From NCBI GenBank assembly GCA_022711115.1, contig JAKLFP010000006.1, positions 19,699 to 83,698 of the forward strand: a stretch of DNA of 64,000 bases, read 5' to 3'. Within the stretch, counting starts at the first letter, position 1. The number at the start of each line of letters is the position of its first letter. This DNA comes from Candidatus Omnitrophota bacterium. GTDB taxonomy: Bacteria > Omnitrophota > Omnitrophia > Omnitrophales > Aquincolibacteriaceae. Position numbers and translations under genes: made by a program. The notes below the pieces were generated by a model. The model saw only the letters and a program-made list of their open reading frames with translations. It searched no databases and was not told where the DNA came from. Positions 20,614 to 29,931 of this stretch are shown here, piece by piece.

Positions 20614-21507
20614 TTACTGTCTTTTTTCCAGAGCCAGGAAAATGCCATGGAGAATGGCTTCAGGCCGCGGCGGGCAGCCGGGCACATAAATATCCACAGG
20701 AACCGCACGATCCACGCCGCCCGCCACCGCGTAATTTCCGTCAAACATGCCGCCGCTAATCGCGCAGCTCCCGCAAGCCACCACAAGCTTCGGAGAAGGT
20801 GTTGCCTCGTAAGTTTTAACTAGCGCGAGTTCCATCTGCCGCGTCACAGGACCGGTCACAAGCAGCATGTCCGCGTGTCGCGGAGAAGCCACAAAATGGA
20901 CACCGAACCGTTCCGCGTCATAAATAGGATTGGAAAGATTCACGGCTTCGACTTCGCACCCATTGCACGAACCCGCGTCAACTTCGCGGATATGGAGAGA
21001 TCGGCCGAAAAGTTTTTGAATCTTTTGGCTTAATGACTCGCCGATTTCTTCCAGGGTCAGTTTGTCAGCAAAATCACCCTGCCGGAAGGCTGAGATTTCA
21101 TCCGGTTTTTTTTTGAAGTAAATTTTTTCCGTAGAAACAAAGGCTTTGTCTTTCCGGACATCAGACAAAGCGGAAGATAGTTCATGGCATAATTCTTTTT
21201 TAGTCCGGGCCGCAAGTTCGAATTTCCCTTTGAAGGAGATGGCCTGATACGGACAAGCTGGCTCGCAAAGCCCGCAGAAGATGCAGTCTCCGTAGGAAAT
21301 ATAAAAAGAACGCCTGGCTTCCTTTGCGTGGTCTGCGATCGTTAAGGCCTTGGTCGGGCATTGAAGCACACATTGCCCGCACCGCGTGCATTTGGCCGGA
21401 TCGATCTCAGGCGCGCCGAGAAATCCTTCGGTTGTTTTGGCAGCATGCGGCGCATACGGCAGCGTTGCTTTTCCAACGGCTAAGTTTTTCTTAAGAATCC
21501 TGAACAC
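20614..21507 (-). CDS. fused 2x[4Fe-4S] ferredoxin (HycF/HyfH-like) + NuoB/HycG-like small subunit of group-4 hydrogenase-related complex
   Basis: N-terminal CTRCGQCVLQCP and CIFCGLCEPACP. C-terminal GSCNGCEVE, FVASPRHADMLLVTGPVT, VVACGSCAISGG and YVPGCPPRPE match HycG/NuoB. Confidence 0.9.
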   Translation of the reverse strand: MFRILKKNLAVGKATLPYAPHAAKTTEGFLGAPEIDPAKCTRCGQCVLQCPTKALTIADHAKEARRSFYISYGDCIFCGLCEPACPYQAISFKGKFELAARTKKELCHELSSALSDVRKDKAFVSTEKIYFKKKPDEISAFRQGDFADKLTLEEIGESLSQKIQKLFGRSLHIREVDAGSCNGCEVEAVNLSNPIYDAERFGVHFVASPRHADMLLVTGPVTRQMELALVKTYEATPSPKLVVACGSCAISGGMFDGNYAVAGGVDRAVPVDIYVPGCPPRPEAILHGIFLALEKRQ

Positions 21508-21625
21508 TTAAAACTCCTTTTATTTTTTACCCGGAGGTTTCTGTCATTGCGAGGGTACGCAGTGCCCGAAGCAATCTCAGAGATCACTTCGTCGCTTCGC
21601 TCCTCGTGATGACGAGAAAGCCACC

Positions 21626-23203
21626 TTACCGGTCATTGCCGGCATAAGACAAATTGAAACTTTTATTGATCAAGGGAAAATCCGGTACGATATTTTCCAG
21701 GACCGCGTATTGGATCAAGGGCCAGTTCACAAAAGAGGGTGAATGGATTTTCCAGCGCGTGATTTTCCCTTCACGGTCTGTGGCAATCCAATGAAAACAT
21801 TCCCCGCGCGGAGACTCCACATAACCCAATGCGCTCTTCAGCGGCAAAATCGGCCTCGCCTCACTGCACAAAGGACCTTCGGGCATGGTGTGAAGGGCGT
21901 CATAAATCAGCTTGAACGATTCATAGACTTCTTGGATCTTTACTTTCATCCGACTCTCGACATCGCCTTCCTTGAACACAGGAACCATGAAAAAAAGCTC
22001 TTTATATGCGGCATAAGGATGATCGCGCCGAAGGTCCTGGTCGACGCCGGAAGCGCGCGCGACCGGGCCAACGCCGCCAAGTGTCTCAGCCACTTCCTTT
22101 TTGACTTGGCCTGTGCCTTCAATGCGGTCTACCAGGGAATCCACCTGCCAGAGGATTTGAATGATCGAATCAAAATCCGTTTTAATCTTCTGGATTTCTT
22201 CCAGAAACCTTTGTTTTTGGACTCCAGAAATGTCCTTTCGCACACCGCCCAAAGCGATGACGTTTCTCAGGAGGCGCGTGCCGGCCAGCCGTTCGTTGAT
22301 GCGTAAAAGAGATTCCTTGAGCCGCATAAGCTGGCTTGCGCCAAAACTGAACGCCGCGTCCAGGGAAATCCCGGCAATATCGCTCATGTGGTTGTGAAGG
22401 CGCTCCAGTTCAAGAAAAATAACGCGAAGGAATTGTGCCCGCTCGGGCACTTGAATATCGGCCAGAGTTTCCAGGGCCTGTGCACAGGCGGCGGCATGAG
22501 AAAAAGAATTGTCTCCGGAGATACGCTCCGCAAGGCAAAGGAGATGAGACGGTGATTTTCCTTCGCCTGCTTTTTCCGTGCCTTTGTGGGTGTAAAAGTG
22601 CCGGATCTCGAGCTTCACGATACTTTCGCCGGCCGAGGAAAAACGGAAATGACCGGGTTCGATGATGCCGGCATGAACCGGCCCGACCGGGATTTCGAAA
22701 ATACCTTCTCCTTCCACGCGTTCAAAAATGTATTGGCCGGAAACCCGCGGAATCTTTTGTTGAGATTGAAAATCTTTTTTAAACGGGAAATGGCCTCTGG
22801 GCCAGTCCTCGTGAAACACAAGCGATCTGGGATCCGGGAGGTTTCCCGCGACCAAGCCAAAAAGATCCTGAATCTCACGTTCCTGCCAATTGGCTTGCGG
22901 CAGAAAAGGAGTGACGGAAGGAAACACAGGATCGTTTTCCGGGATCCTGGCTTCAAGGATGATAAAAGAATCCTGCTGCGTATGGGAAAAAACATAAGAA
23001 AGCGTAAAGGCCTTGTTTTCCTTCCGTGTGTCCGAGGCAAAGAGAAAAACAAGGCGCATGGGAAGAAGTCCCGTGAGAAAGCCGACTGTTTTCAGAATCG
23101 CGTCTCGCGGGATAAGCACATGACATTGCTTTTCGGTCCCGCCTTCCAGTTCGCGGATCGTATTCCCGAATTTTTCTTTCAAAGCTTCGCAGACCATTTT
23201 CAT
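21626..23203 (-). CDS. fused NuoC-NuoD / HycE-like large subunit lacking the [NiFe]-binding cysteines (Ehr-type)
   Basis: The VGPVHAGIIEPGHFRF block is conserved. The N-terminal RxCGxCxxxH is replaced by RISGDNSFSH, and the C-terminal DPCxxCxxR by NLSYAGNDR. Confidence 0.9.
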   Translation of the reverse strand: MKMVCEALKEKFGNTIRELEGGTEKQCHVLIPRDAILKTVGFLTGLLPMRLVFLFASDTRKENKAFTLSYVFSHTQQDSFIILEARIPENDPVFPSVTPFLPQANWQEREIQDLFGLVAGNLPDPRSLVFHEDWPRGHFPFKKDFQSQQKIPRVSGQYIFERVEGEGIFEIPVGPVHAGIIEPGHFRFSSAGESIVKLEIRHFYTHKGTEKAGEGKSPSHLLCLAERISGDNSFSHAAACAQALETLADIQVPERAQFLRVIFLELERLHNHMSDIAGISLDAAFSFGASQLMRLKESLLRINERLAGTRLLRNVIALGGVRKDISGVQKQRFLEEIQKIKTDFDSIIQILWQVDSLVDRIEGTGQVKKEVAETLGGVGPVARASGVDQDLRRDHPYAAYKELFFMVPVFKEGDVESRMKVKIQEVYESFKLIYDALHTMPEGPLCSEARPILPLKSALGYVESPRGECFHWIATDREGKITRWKIHSPSFVNWPLIQYAVLENIVPDFPLINKSFNLSYAGNDR

Positions 23204-24672
23204 GAAACCACTCCTCCAGCCACGCGGCTCGCTTCCTGAAGCAGATGCTGCAACGGCCTTGGGATATAAAAACCCATCACCACGATCACGATCATGCCGA
23301 CCACAAGCACACTATCCATGAGAAAACTTTTTGCAGGCATTTCGGTTTTTTCGGTTTCGCCAAAAGTCATCCGGTTCGCTTGCCGGAGGAAACCGGTAAA
23401 GATAAGCGCCAATAAAACAAGCAGAATGGCGCACGGAATAAATTGTTTGGCCAAAAAGCCCGCGCTTAAAATACAGAATTCGCTGAAGAAGACGCTGAAA
23501 GGCGGCATGCCGGCGATGGCGAGAACTCCGAAAAAGAATATCGTTCCCAGAAAAGCGTTTTTGCGGAAAATCCCTTTCACCTTGCTGATCTCTTTGCTGT
23601 GAAAGAAATAGTACAAATGACCGGAAGTGAAAAAGAGCAGGGATTTCGTGAACGCGTGATTCACGATGTGGAGAATCGCGCCGTACAAGCCCAGCGTGCC
23701 GCCAAATCCAAGGCCCACGGCCGCGAGCCCCATATGCTCCACGCTTGAATACGCCAACAAACGTTTGTAATCCGCTTGCTCCATGATAAAAGGTACGGCA
23801 ATGGCCACCGAGAGTACGCCAAAGACAATCAATAGTGTGTCCGAAAATGCTGAATCCGTTGCGACTTTGGTCAGGATATGAAACCGCAAAATACCGAAAG
23901 TCGCGCAGCTCAAAAGCACGCCGGAAAGAAGCGCGCTCACAGGGGCGGGTGCTTGGCTGTGTGCATCCGGCAGCCAGGCATGGAACGGCGCAAGGCCGGC
24001 CTTGGTGCCATAGCCCACAAGAACAAAAATAAACGCAAGCCGGATGATCTGTGGATCCAGATATTTTGCTTTGGCGAGCAGAAAGCTCCAATTAAGTAAA
24101 AGCCCGGTTTCCCCGGATGCGACTTGTTCGACCGCAGAGTAATAGACCAAAATGACCCCAAAAAGCGCGAGTGCGATGCCCACGCTGCAAAGAATCAAGT
24201 ATTTCCACGCGGCCTCGATCGAACTTTTCTTGTCGTCCACATTCACTAAAAATGATGACGCGAGCGTGGTTCCTTCGATCGCTATCCACATCACCCCGAG
24301 ATTATTGGAAAGCACGGTCAGGAGCATGGTGAAAAGAAAGAGATGAAAAAAGAACGCGTAGCGGCGAAGTTTGGCCGGCGGGATGCCGGTCTCGCCTTCC
24401 TTGAAAAGATAACCGCCCGCATAGATCGCGGAAAGCAGTCCCACGCTCGGGATCAAAAGGACAAAAACGGCGGACAAGGCGTCCATCATAAGACTTTCTT
24501 TAAACGCGAATATGCGCGGGCCTGAAAAATTCCCGAAAACAAAAAACCAGGCCCCGATCGCGGACACGGCCGCACCGGCCATAAAGGTCAGACGCGTGGT
24601 CCTTTTGGGACAAGGGACCAGACACAGAAATGCAAAAGCAAGCGGTGTCCAAAGTATGTGATCGATCGTCAT
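23200..24672 (-). CDS. NuoN/NuoM/HyfF-like antiporter-type membrane subunit
   Basis: 490 aa polytopic protein. The GYGTKAGLAPFHAWLPDAHSQAPAPVSALLSG block is typical of the Mrp/NuoLMN antiporter family. Confidence 0.85.
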   Translation of the reverse strand: MTIDHILWTPLAFAFLCLVPCPKRTTRLTFMAGAAVSAIGAWFFVFGNFSGPRIFAFKESLMMDALSAVFVLLIPSVGLLSAIYAGGYLFKEGETGIPPAKLRRYAFFFHLFLFTMLLTVLSNNLGVMWIAIEGTTLASSFLVNVDDKKSSIEAAWKYLILCSVGIALALFGVILVYYSAVEQVASGETGLLLNWSFLLAKAKYLDPQIIRLAFIFVLVGYGTKAGLAPFHAWLPDAHSQAPAPVSALLSGVLLSCATFGILRFHILTKVATDSAFSDTLLIVFGVLSVAIAVPFIMEQADYKRLLAYSSVEHMGLAAVGLGFGGTLGLYGAILHIVNHAFTKSLLFFTSGHLYYFFHSKEISKVKGIFRKNAFLGTIFFFGVLAIAGMPPFSVFFSEFCILSAGFLAKQFIPCAILLVLLALIFTGFLRQANRMTFGETEKTEMPAKSFLMDSVLVVGMIVIVVMGFYIPRPLQHLLQEASRVAGGVVS

Positions 24673-24676
24673 GCCT

Positions 24677-25336
24677 TCATCCTTTCAAAACCGTCATATC
24701 GTCCGCGTCAATGCTTTCAAAAGCGCCGCGGATTTTAAAAACAAAAACACCCATAATCACCACACCCACCAGCGCATCGAAAAAGACCCCTATTTCCACA
24801 AGAAGAGGCATGCCAAACGTAATGGTCACACCCATAAGAAAAAGACCGTTTTCGATGAGGAGCAGTCCGAGGACCTGATTGATCGCCTTTTTGCGGGTCG
24901 TCATCATTAACATGCCGAAAAAAATCGTGGAGACTGCTAGCGGGATAAATTCGCCAAACGAAACCGATTTCAGGACCTTGCCTTCCCCTGTCACATAAAA
25001 GGAGACAAACACGAGCAGCACGGCCAGAAGCAGCGTGAACGGGATGTTGACATAACTTTCGATCTCTTTGCGGATCCCGAGCCGGCGGATAATCCTGAAA
25101 AAGACTTGCGGGATTAAGATGGTTTTCAGAGCCAGTGTCAAGAACGCGGGAATCAACAAGTGCTCTACATGATTTGTTAAAGCAATGAAAGCAGTAATTA
25201 GTGCGAGCAAAAAAGAATGGGTGGCATAAGCGCGAATGCTGGCCCCGATCTGCGGAGCGGCCAGCATCCAAAAGGAAACGATCAAAAGCATCATGCCGAA
25301 AAAGTGAATCAGCGAGGGCACGAATTCCGTGTTCAT
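24677..25336 (-). CDS. HyfE-like small membrane subunit (hydrogenase-4 component E family)
   Basis: 219 aa with about seven TM helices. Its position between the NuoH-like and NuoN-like genes matches the hyf order. Confidence 0.7.
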   Translation of the reverse strand: MNTEFVPSLIHFFGMMLLIVSFWMLAAPQIGASIRAYATHSFLLALITAFIALTNHVEHLLIPAFLTLALKTILIPQVFFRIIRRLGIRKEIESYVNIPFTLLLAVLLVFVSFYVTGEGKVLKSVSFGEFIPLAVSTIFFGMLMMTTRKKAINQVLGLLLIENGLFLMGVTITFGMPLLVEIGVFFDALVGVVIMGVFVFKIRGAFESIDADDMTVLKG

Positions 25337-26283
25337 ACGCCCCTCCCGATGATGAGTTGTCCCAGAAGAGACAAAACGGCCAGGACAAAAGCGACGGCCA
25401 AAAGGTCCGGAGCTCTAAAAAGCCGCAATTTCGCGGAATGAATCTCGATCCAGCCAATCACAAAAGCCAGGAAAAAGATTTTCAATAGATAAAGTCCGAT
25501 GCCCACGCCAAAAGCCGCGAACCCAGACATACCGGAAAAATTCCAAGGAAAGAAAAGATTGGCGAGCAGTGTCAGAAAAATAATCTGTTTGATCTGATGG
25601 CTCCATTCAATCAAAGCCAGATAACGGCCGGAATATTCCAGGATCATGGCTTCGTGAATCATGGTCAGTTCCAAATGTGTGGCTGGATTATCCATCGGAA
25701 TTCGTCCGCTCTCCGCGATGGTGACAATCAAAAGCGCGCCAAACGCCAAGCTCGTAAAAAATAAAATTTGAATGGGTGATTGCCAGGAAAAATACGAAAC
25801 AATCCCGTCAAGCGACAGGCTTTGGGTCCGGAAACTCAAAGAAAAAAACGAGAGAAGAAGTGCCGGCTCCGCAAGCGATGAAAGTGTCATCTCACGGCTC
25901 GACCCCATGCCTCCGAACGTGGTTCCGGTATCCAACGCGGCCAAAGTCAAAAAGAAACGTCCCAGGGCCAGGAGGTAAACAAAAACAATCACATCGCCTG
26001 TAAAACCAAAAAGAGAGACTGCTCCGGACACCGGCGTTAAAGAGGCTGCGCTAAGGACCGACGCAAAGAGCACGAAAGGCATCGCGTGAAAAATCCATGA
26101 TGCGGCTTCCGAGATCACCATATCTTTGTGGAAAAGCTTCCAAAGGTCCGTATAGACCTGCACCGGGCTAGGACCTACACGGTTTTGCGAGATAGCTTTC
26201 ATCTTTTTGATGAACCAGCTGAGTAACGGCGCGAGGGCCATCAGAAAAAGCACTTTGGCGCATGCAAAAAAAATGGAGATCAT
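25333..26283 (-). CDS. HycD/NuoH-like membrane subunit
   Basis: 316 aa with eight TM helices and a formate-hydrogenlyase subunit-4/NuoH-like profile. 4-bp overlaps with both flanking genes. Confidence 0.8.
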   Translation of the reverse strand: MISIFFACAKVLFLMALAPLLSWFIKKMKAISQNRVGPSPVQVYTDLWKLFHKDMVISEAASWIFHAMPFVLFASVLSAASLTPVSGAVSLFGFTGDVIVFVYLLALGRFFLTLAALDTGTTFGGMGSSREMTLSSLAEPALLLSFFSLSFRTQSLSLDGIVSYFSWQSPIQILFFTSLAFGALLIVTIAESGRIPMDNPATHLELTMIHEAMILEYSGRYLALIEWSHQIKQIIFLTLLANLFFPWNFSGMSGFAAFGVGIGLYLLKIFFLAFVIGWIEIHSAKLRLFRAPDLLAVAFVLAVLSLLGQLIIGRGV

Positions 26284-28478
26284 GAGGAATGCCCTCCCCA
26301 GAAAAGAAGAAGGAGAATCAACGTAATAAATATGTAACTGAGGTAGAGTTGAATATGGCCGGTCTGGATGTGTTTGGCTTTTTGTGAAAGACTGGAAATA
26401 AGATTGGCCAAGGGTTTATACACCCATTCATCCACAGGCTGCGTGATCTTTGTTTCAAAGCGTTGGGCAGTGCGAAGCAATTCATGCCCTTCATCTTCCA
26501 GCTCCACGTGCCGGGTCGGCTGATAAAGGAAAGAAAAAATCCTGCGTAACGGTTTGGAATAACCGGTCGCGGAATATTGCATGCGCGGCTCCAGCCGGGG
26601 CATACCGCAATCCCAGCTTGGCCCGATGCGGACCTTTTGTTTCCCCAGGAAGATCCGAAGCAATACCGCGGACCCAAATATGAATCCCAAAAGAATAAAG
26701 GCTAAAAGCAAAGGAGAAAATTGGCTCGCTTTTGATGGGGATATCAAAAAAAGTTTCTGAACAACACTTTCCATCGGAAGATTGACATTTGAAAAGGTAT
26801 TCGTGATTTTCCATAAAATTTTCACAACCCACGGAGCGGACAAGGCAAGCGCCAAACAACTCGTGGCCAGAATCCCCATGCCCAGTTTCATGGAACCGCT
26901 GATTTCATGCGCTCCGGTCGCATGCTTCGAACGCGGCATCCCTAAAAAGCTGATCCCGAAGGCCTTTACAAAACAAGTGGCAGCCAAAGCGCCGGCAAGT
27001 CCAAGCAGCGACGCCAGAACCGGCAAAAAGAAATGCATGCCCGTGCTTCCTGTCTCAATCCCAAGAAGAATCGCAACAAAAGTCATCCATTCACTGACAA
27101 ACCCGTTCAAGGGAGGCAGCGCGGAAATAGCGACTGCGCCTATCAGAAAATACGCGGCCGTCCAAGGCATTTTCTTGATCAAGCCTCCTAGTTGTTCCAT
27201 ATTCCGCGTGTGAGTTCCAGAAAGCACAGCCCCCGCACCAAGGAAAAGGAGACCTTTGAAAACAGCGTGATTCAAGATATGGAAAAGAGCCGCAACCAAC
27301 GCAAAGGCTGCATAAAGGGTTTGCCCCTGTGTTTTAAAAGCAAGACACATGCCGACTCCGAGAAGGATAATCCCGATATTTTCAATGCTGGAAAACGCCA
27401 GGAGCCTTTTTAAATCATGTTCCATTAATGCGTAGAGAATGCCCAGAAGCGTGGAAACAATCGCGATGGCAAGGATCAGATTCCCCCACCATCCGGGTGT
27501 GGCACCCAGAAAATCCAAAAGAAACCGCAAAAACGCATAGATGGCGGTCTTGATCATCACGCCAGACATAAGCGCTGACACATGGCTCGGCGCTTGAGGA
27601 TGCGCCTTGGGCAGCCAGATATGAAGCGGGATGATCCCGGCCTTAGTGCCGAATCCCAGAAGTGCCGAAAAGAAAATAATATTTTTAAAAACAGGCGAAA
27701 GAAAGCCCGCGCCGGCACGGAATGAGTCGAATGAAAAAGAGCCGGTATGAATATAAAGAAGCCAGAAGGCAGTCGAGATGAACACGGTCCCGATATGCGT
27801 CATGACCAGATAAAGAACCCCGGCTGATCGCGTCTCCGGTTTTTCATGTTCAAAAATCACAAGAAAATAGGAAGCCAGGGACATGAGTTCCCAAAAAAGG
27901 AGAAAATAAAAGGCGTTCCGGATCGTGACCACGAGAAGCATGGCCAGGATGAAAAGGTTATAGAAAAAACCCAAAAGGGCGATGTTTTTCTTGTCCTGGC
28001 ATCCATTTTCTTTTGACAAAAGGTTGCCAGGACTATCCTGACTTTTATTTTCTTTTTCTTTATGGTAGTCAGGATTGCCCCAATTTCCACACTGTGGAAA
28101 TTGATTGGTATTGGGACTAGTCCAATTAACCTTTGAATTTTTTGATGGAGAATTGGATTTGCCCTGATATTCACGGGTATAACCGATCGCAAAAAGAGAG
28201 GTGGCAAGCGAAAGGAAAGAAATCACAAAAAGAAAGAAGGCGGAAAAGAGATCCGCTTCCAACCGGAGAGGACCGACCGGAAGGCTTCCCGCAATTTCAA
28301 GCACCCAGGATTTCCCGGTCAAAAGGATATAAAGTGCAAAAACAACACCTGCCGTTCCTGCCAACGAGGCTAAAAGATGCGTCGAACGGTTCGCCTTTTC
28401 TCCGTGTTGTTCAAAAAGAAAGCCCGCGATTGCCCCTAAGATATGAAGAGAAATTTGCGCAAAAAAGAAAAATGCCAT
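26280..28478 (-). CDS. HyfB/HycC/NuoL-like membrane subunit with about 65-aa hydrophilic insertion
   Basis: The GFGTKAGIIPLHIWLPKAHPQAPSHVSALMSGVMIKTAIYAFLRF block matches the NuoL family. An unusual hydrophilic loop (YTREYQGKSNSPSKNSKVNW...) sits after helix 3. Confidence 0.9.
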   Translation of the reverse strand: MAFFFFAQISLHILGAIAGFLFEQHGEKANRSTHLLASLAGTAGVVFALYILLTGKSWVLEIAGSLPVGPLRLEADLFSAFFLFVISFLSLATSLFAIGYTREYQGKSNSPSKNSKVNWTSPNTNQFPQCGNWGNPDYHKEKENKSQDSPGNLLSKENGCQDKKNIALLGFFYNLFILAMLLVVTIRNAFYFLLFWELMSLASYFLVIFEHEKPETRSAGVLYLVMTHIGTVFISTAFWLLYIHTGSFSFDSFRAGAGFLSPVFKNIIFFSALLGFGTKAGIIPLHIWLPKAHPQAPSHVSALMSGVMIKTAIYAFLRFLLDFLGATPGWWGNLILAIAIVSTLLGILYALMEHDLKRLLAFSSIENIGIILLGVGMCLAFKTQGQTLYAAFALVAALFHILNHAVFKGLLFLGAGAVLSGTHTRNMEQLGGLIKKMPWTAAYFLIGAVAISALPPLNGFVSEWMTFVAILLGIETGSTGMHFFLPVLASLLGLAGALAATCFVKAFGISFLGMPRSKHATGAHEISGSMKLGMGILATSCLALALSAPWVVKILWKITNTFSNVNLPMESVVQKLFLISPSKASQFSPLLLAFILLGFIFGSAVLLRIFLGKQKVRIGPSWDCGMPRLEPRMQYSATGYSKPLRRIFSFLYQPTRHVELEDEGHELLRTAQRFETKITQPVDEWVYKPLANLISSLSQKAKHIQTGHIQLYLSYIFITLILLLLFWGGHSS

Positions 28479-28577
28479 TGCTTCTTAAAACCATCCTTCG
28501 ACTGCTCATGGTAATCATCTTGAGATTATTTCAGTCTTTTATTTATATGTCCGAATGTGTAGGAATAAAATTTTATG

Positions 28578-28603
28578 GGTATGTATTCATATATACCCAT
28601 CAA
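28578..28603. promoter_or_regulatory. inverted repeat ATGGGTAT-N10-ATACCCAT in the leader of the Ehr-like operon
   Basis: 8-bp perfect arms, about 100 bp upstream of the HyfB-like start, between the REC gene and the operon. Confidence 0.3.
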
Positions 28604-28696
28604 AAGGAGCTGTCAATAAAGTATTTCGGGAAGATCAACCCTGAAAAAATTTTTATCGCTTCTCCGGATTTTTAAAAACCGCCTCTGAAAACACGG

Positions 28697-29092
28697 CTAT
28701 GGGGTCGGTTTATTTTCTTGTTGCGGGATTTTGTGCAGATTCCTTTTGATGGCCTCGTAAATATCATTCATGTCTCCGGTCTTAACCACAAAATCCGTCA
28801 CACCTTCAAATTGGAACATGTCTCTCATCGGCTCATAACCGGTCATGACAACGATAGGAATCTTCCTGAGATCTTCAAATCTCCTGAGGCGGCGCATGAA
28901 GGTCAAACCATCCATGGTAGGCATTTTGATGTCCAGAAGAATCAAATCCGGAATTTCGTTTTCGGCTTTTTTGAGACCTTCTTCCCCGTTATTTGCCGTC
29001 CAAACCTGATATCCCCGCCTCTTAAGCTGCACTTGCAGGCAATCCAAAATATCTTGGTTATCATCAATGGCTAATATCTTTTCGCCCGGCAT
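28697..29092 (-). CDS. stand-alone response-regulator receiver (CheY-like REC) protein
   Basis: 131 aa with the phospho-acceptor Asp in LILLDIKMP and the conserved K in VVMTGY. Confidence 0.85.
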   Translation of the reverse strand: MPGEKILAIDDNQDILDCLQVQLKRRGYQVWTANNGEEGLKKAENEIPDLILLDIKMPTMDGLTFMRRLRRFEDLRKIPIVVMTGYEPMRDMFQFEGVTDFVVKTGDMNDIYEAIKRNLHKIPQQENKPTP

Positions 29093-29223
29093 TTTTCTTC
29101 CTTTCCTCCCTCAAACAACCGTCTAAAACAGCTATAACTTACCGCATCACGCGTCTGAAAGCCACTAAGTTTTATCGACCATCTCATCCTTTTTTGAACG
29201 GCTCTGAAGAAGTTTTGGCAAAA

Positions 29224-29931
29224 TTAATTTTTCTGAAAACCTAAAATGAGAAATTCAGGGTCCTGAACCGGAAAGGGAACAGGGTGTTTTTCAAGATATT
29301 CCTCGGTAAATGGCGGATAAGCTTCCAACAGTTTTTTATAACCACGCTCCACAAAAAAGTTGCTGTATTCTTCGGGCTCGCGGATAAAAACAGGTACAGA
29401 GTCGCTTTCCGCTAACGCCATCGTCCCGACACGGGGAAATTCCCTGGAGTCGAAATCCCTGAATGTCATCTTTTCTTTCAAAAGATTGGAAACAAACGGA
29501 GGGTTGAACGCGGAAAGCACAAAGAGCCCCGTAGGTTTGAGCAATCGGTCAAGCTGGCGGATCGTCACATCGATTTCCCGGATAAACTGAAAAACCAGAC
29601 TTGAAATGATCACATCAAATTTTTCTTTTTCAATCTTTTCGATCGGACCGGCAACAAGATTCACCCCGGAGGGCAACCCTTTCCCGGCTGTCCGAATCAT
29701 CTCCTCGGACGTATCCAATCCTGTGACCCGGCATCCCACGGCATGCAGCTTTTTACAAAGACGGCCGTTCCCGCAACCGAAATCCAATACCCGGACATGC
29801 TTCATGATCGGAAAAGATTTCTGGATCAGTTCGATCATGACCGGATAAGCAAGCAGGACATGGTCCGCAATCCCCTGAGGCATCTCCTCTTCCCTGCCGA
29901 ATATCCCGGCCAATTTGTCCCATAAGTTCAT
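29224..29931 (-). CDS. class I SAM-dependent methyltransferase
   Basis: Motif I VLDFGCGNGRL, followed by VTGLDTSEEM. Confidence 0.85.
   Translation of the reverse strand: MNLWDKLAGIFGREEEMPQGIADHVLLAYPVMIELIQKSFPIMKHVRVLDFGCGNGRLCKKLHAVGCRVTGLDTSEEMIRTAGKGLPSGVNLVAGPIEKIEKEKFDVIISSLVFQFIREIDVTIRQLDRLLKPTGLFVLSAFNPPFVSNLLKEKMTFRDFDSREFPRVGTMALAESDSVPVFIREPEEYSNFFVERGYKKLLEAYPPFTEEYLEKHPVPFPVQDPEFLILGFQKN

Noticed and set aside
23312-24091. 259-aa minus-strand ORF
   Set aside because: It is an alternative frame inside the NuoN-like gene, with Arg-rich non-protein-like composition.
24735-25457. 240-aa minus-strand ORF in an alternative frame
   Set aside because: It overlaps the hydrophobic HyfE-like and HycD-like genes. 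Its Arg/Cys/Gly-rich composition is typical of an out-of-frame translation.
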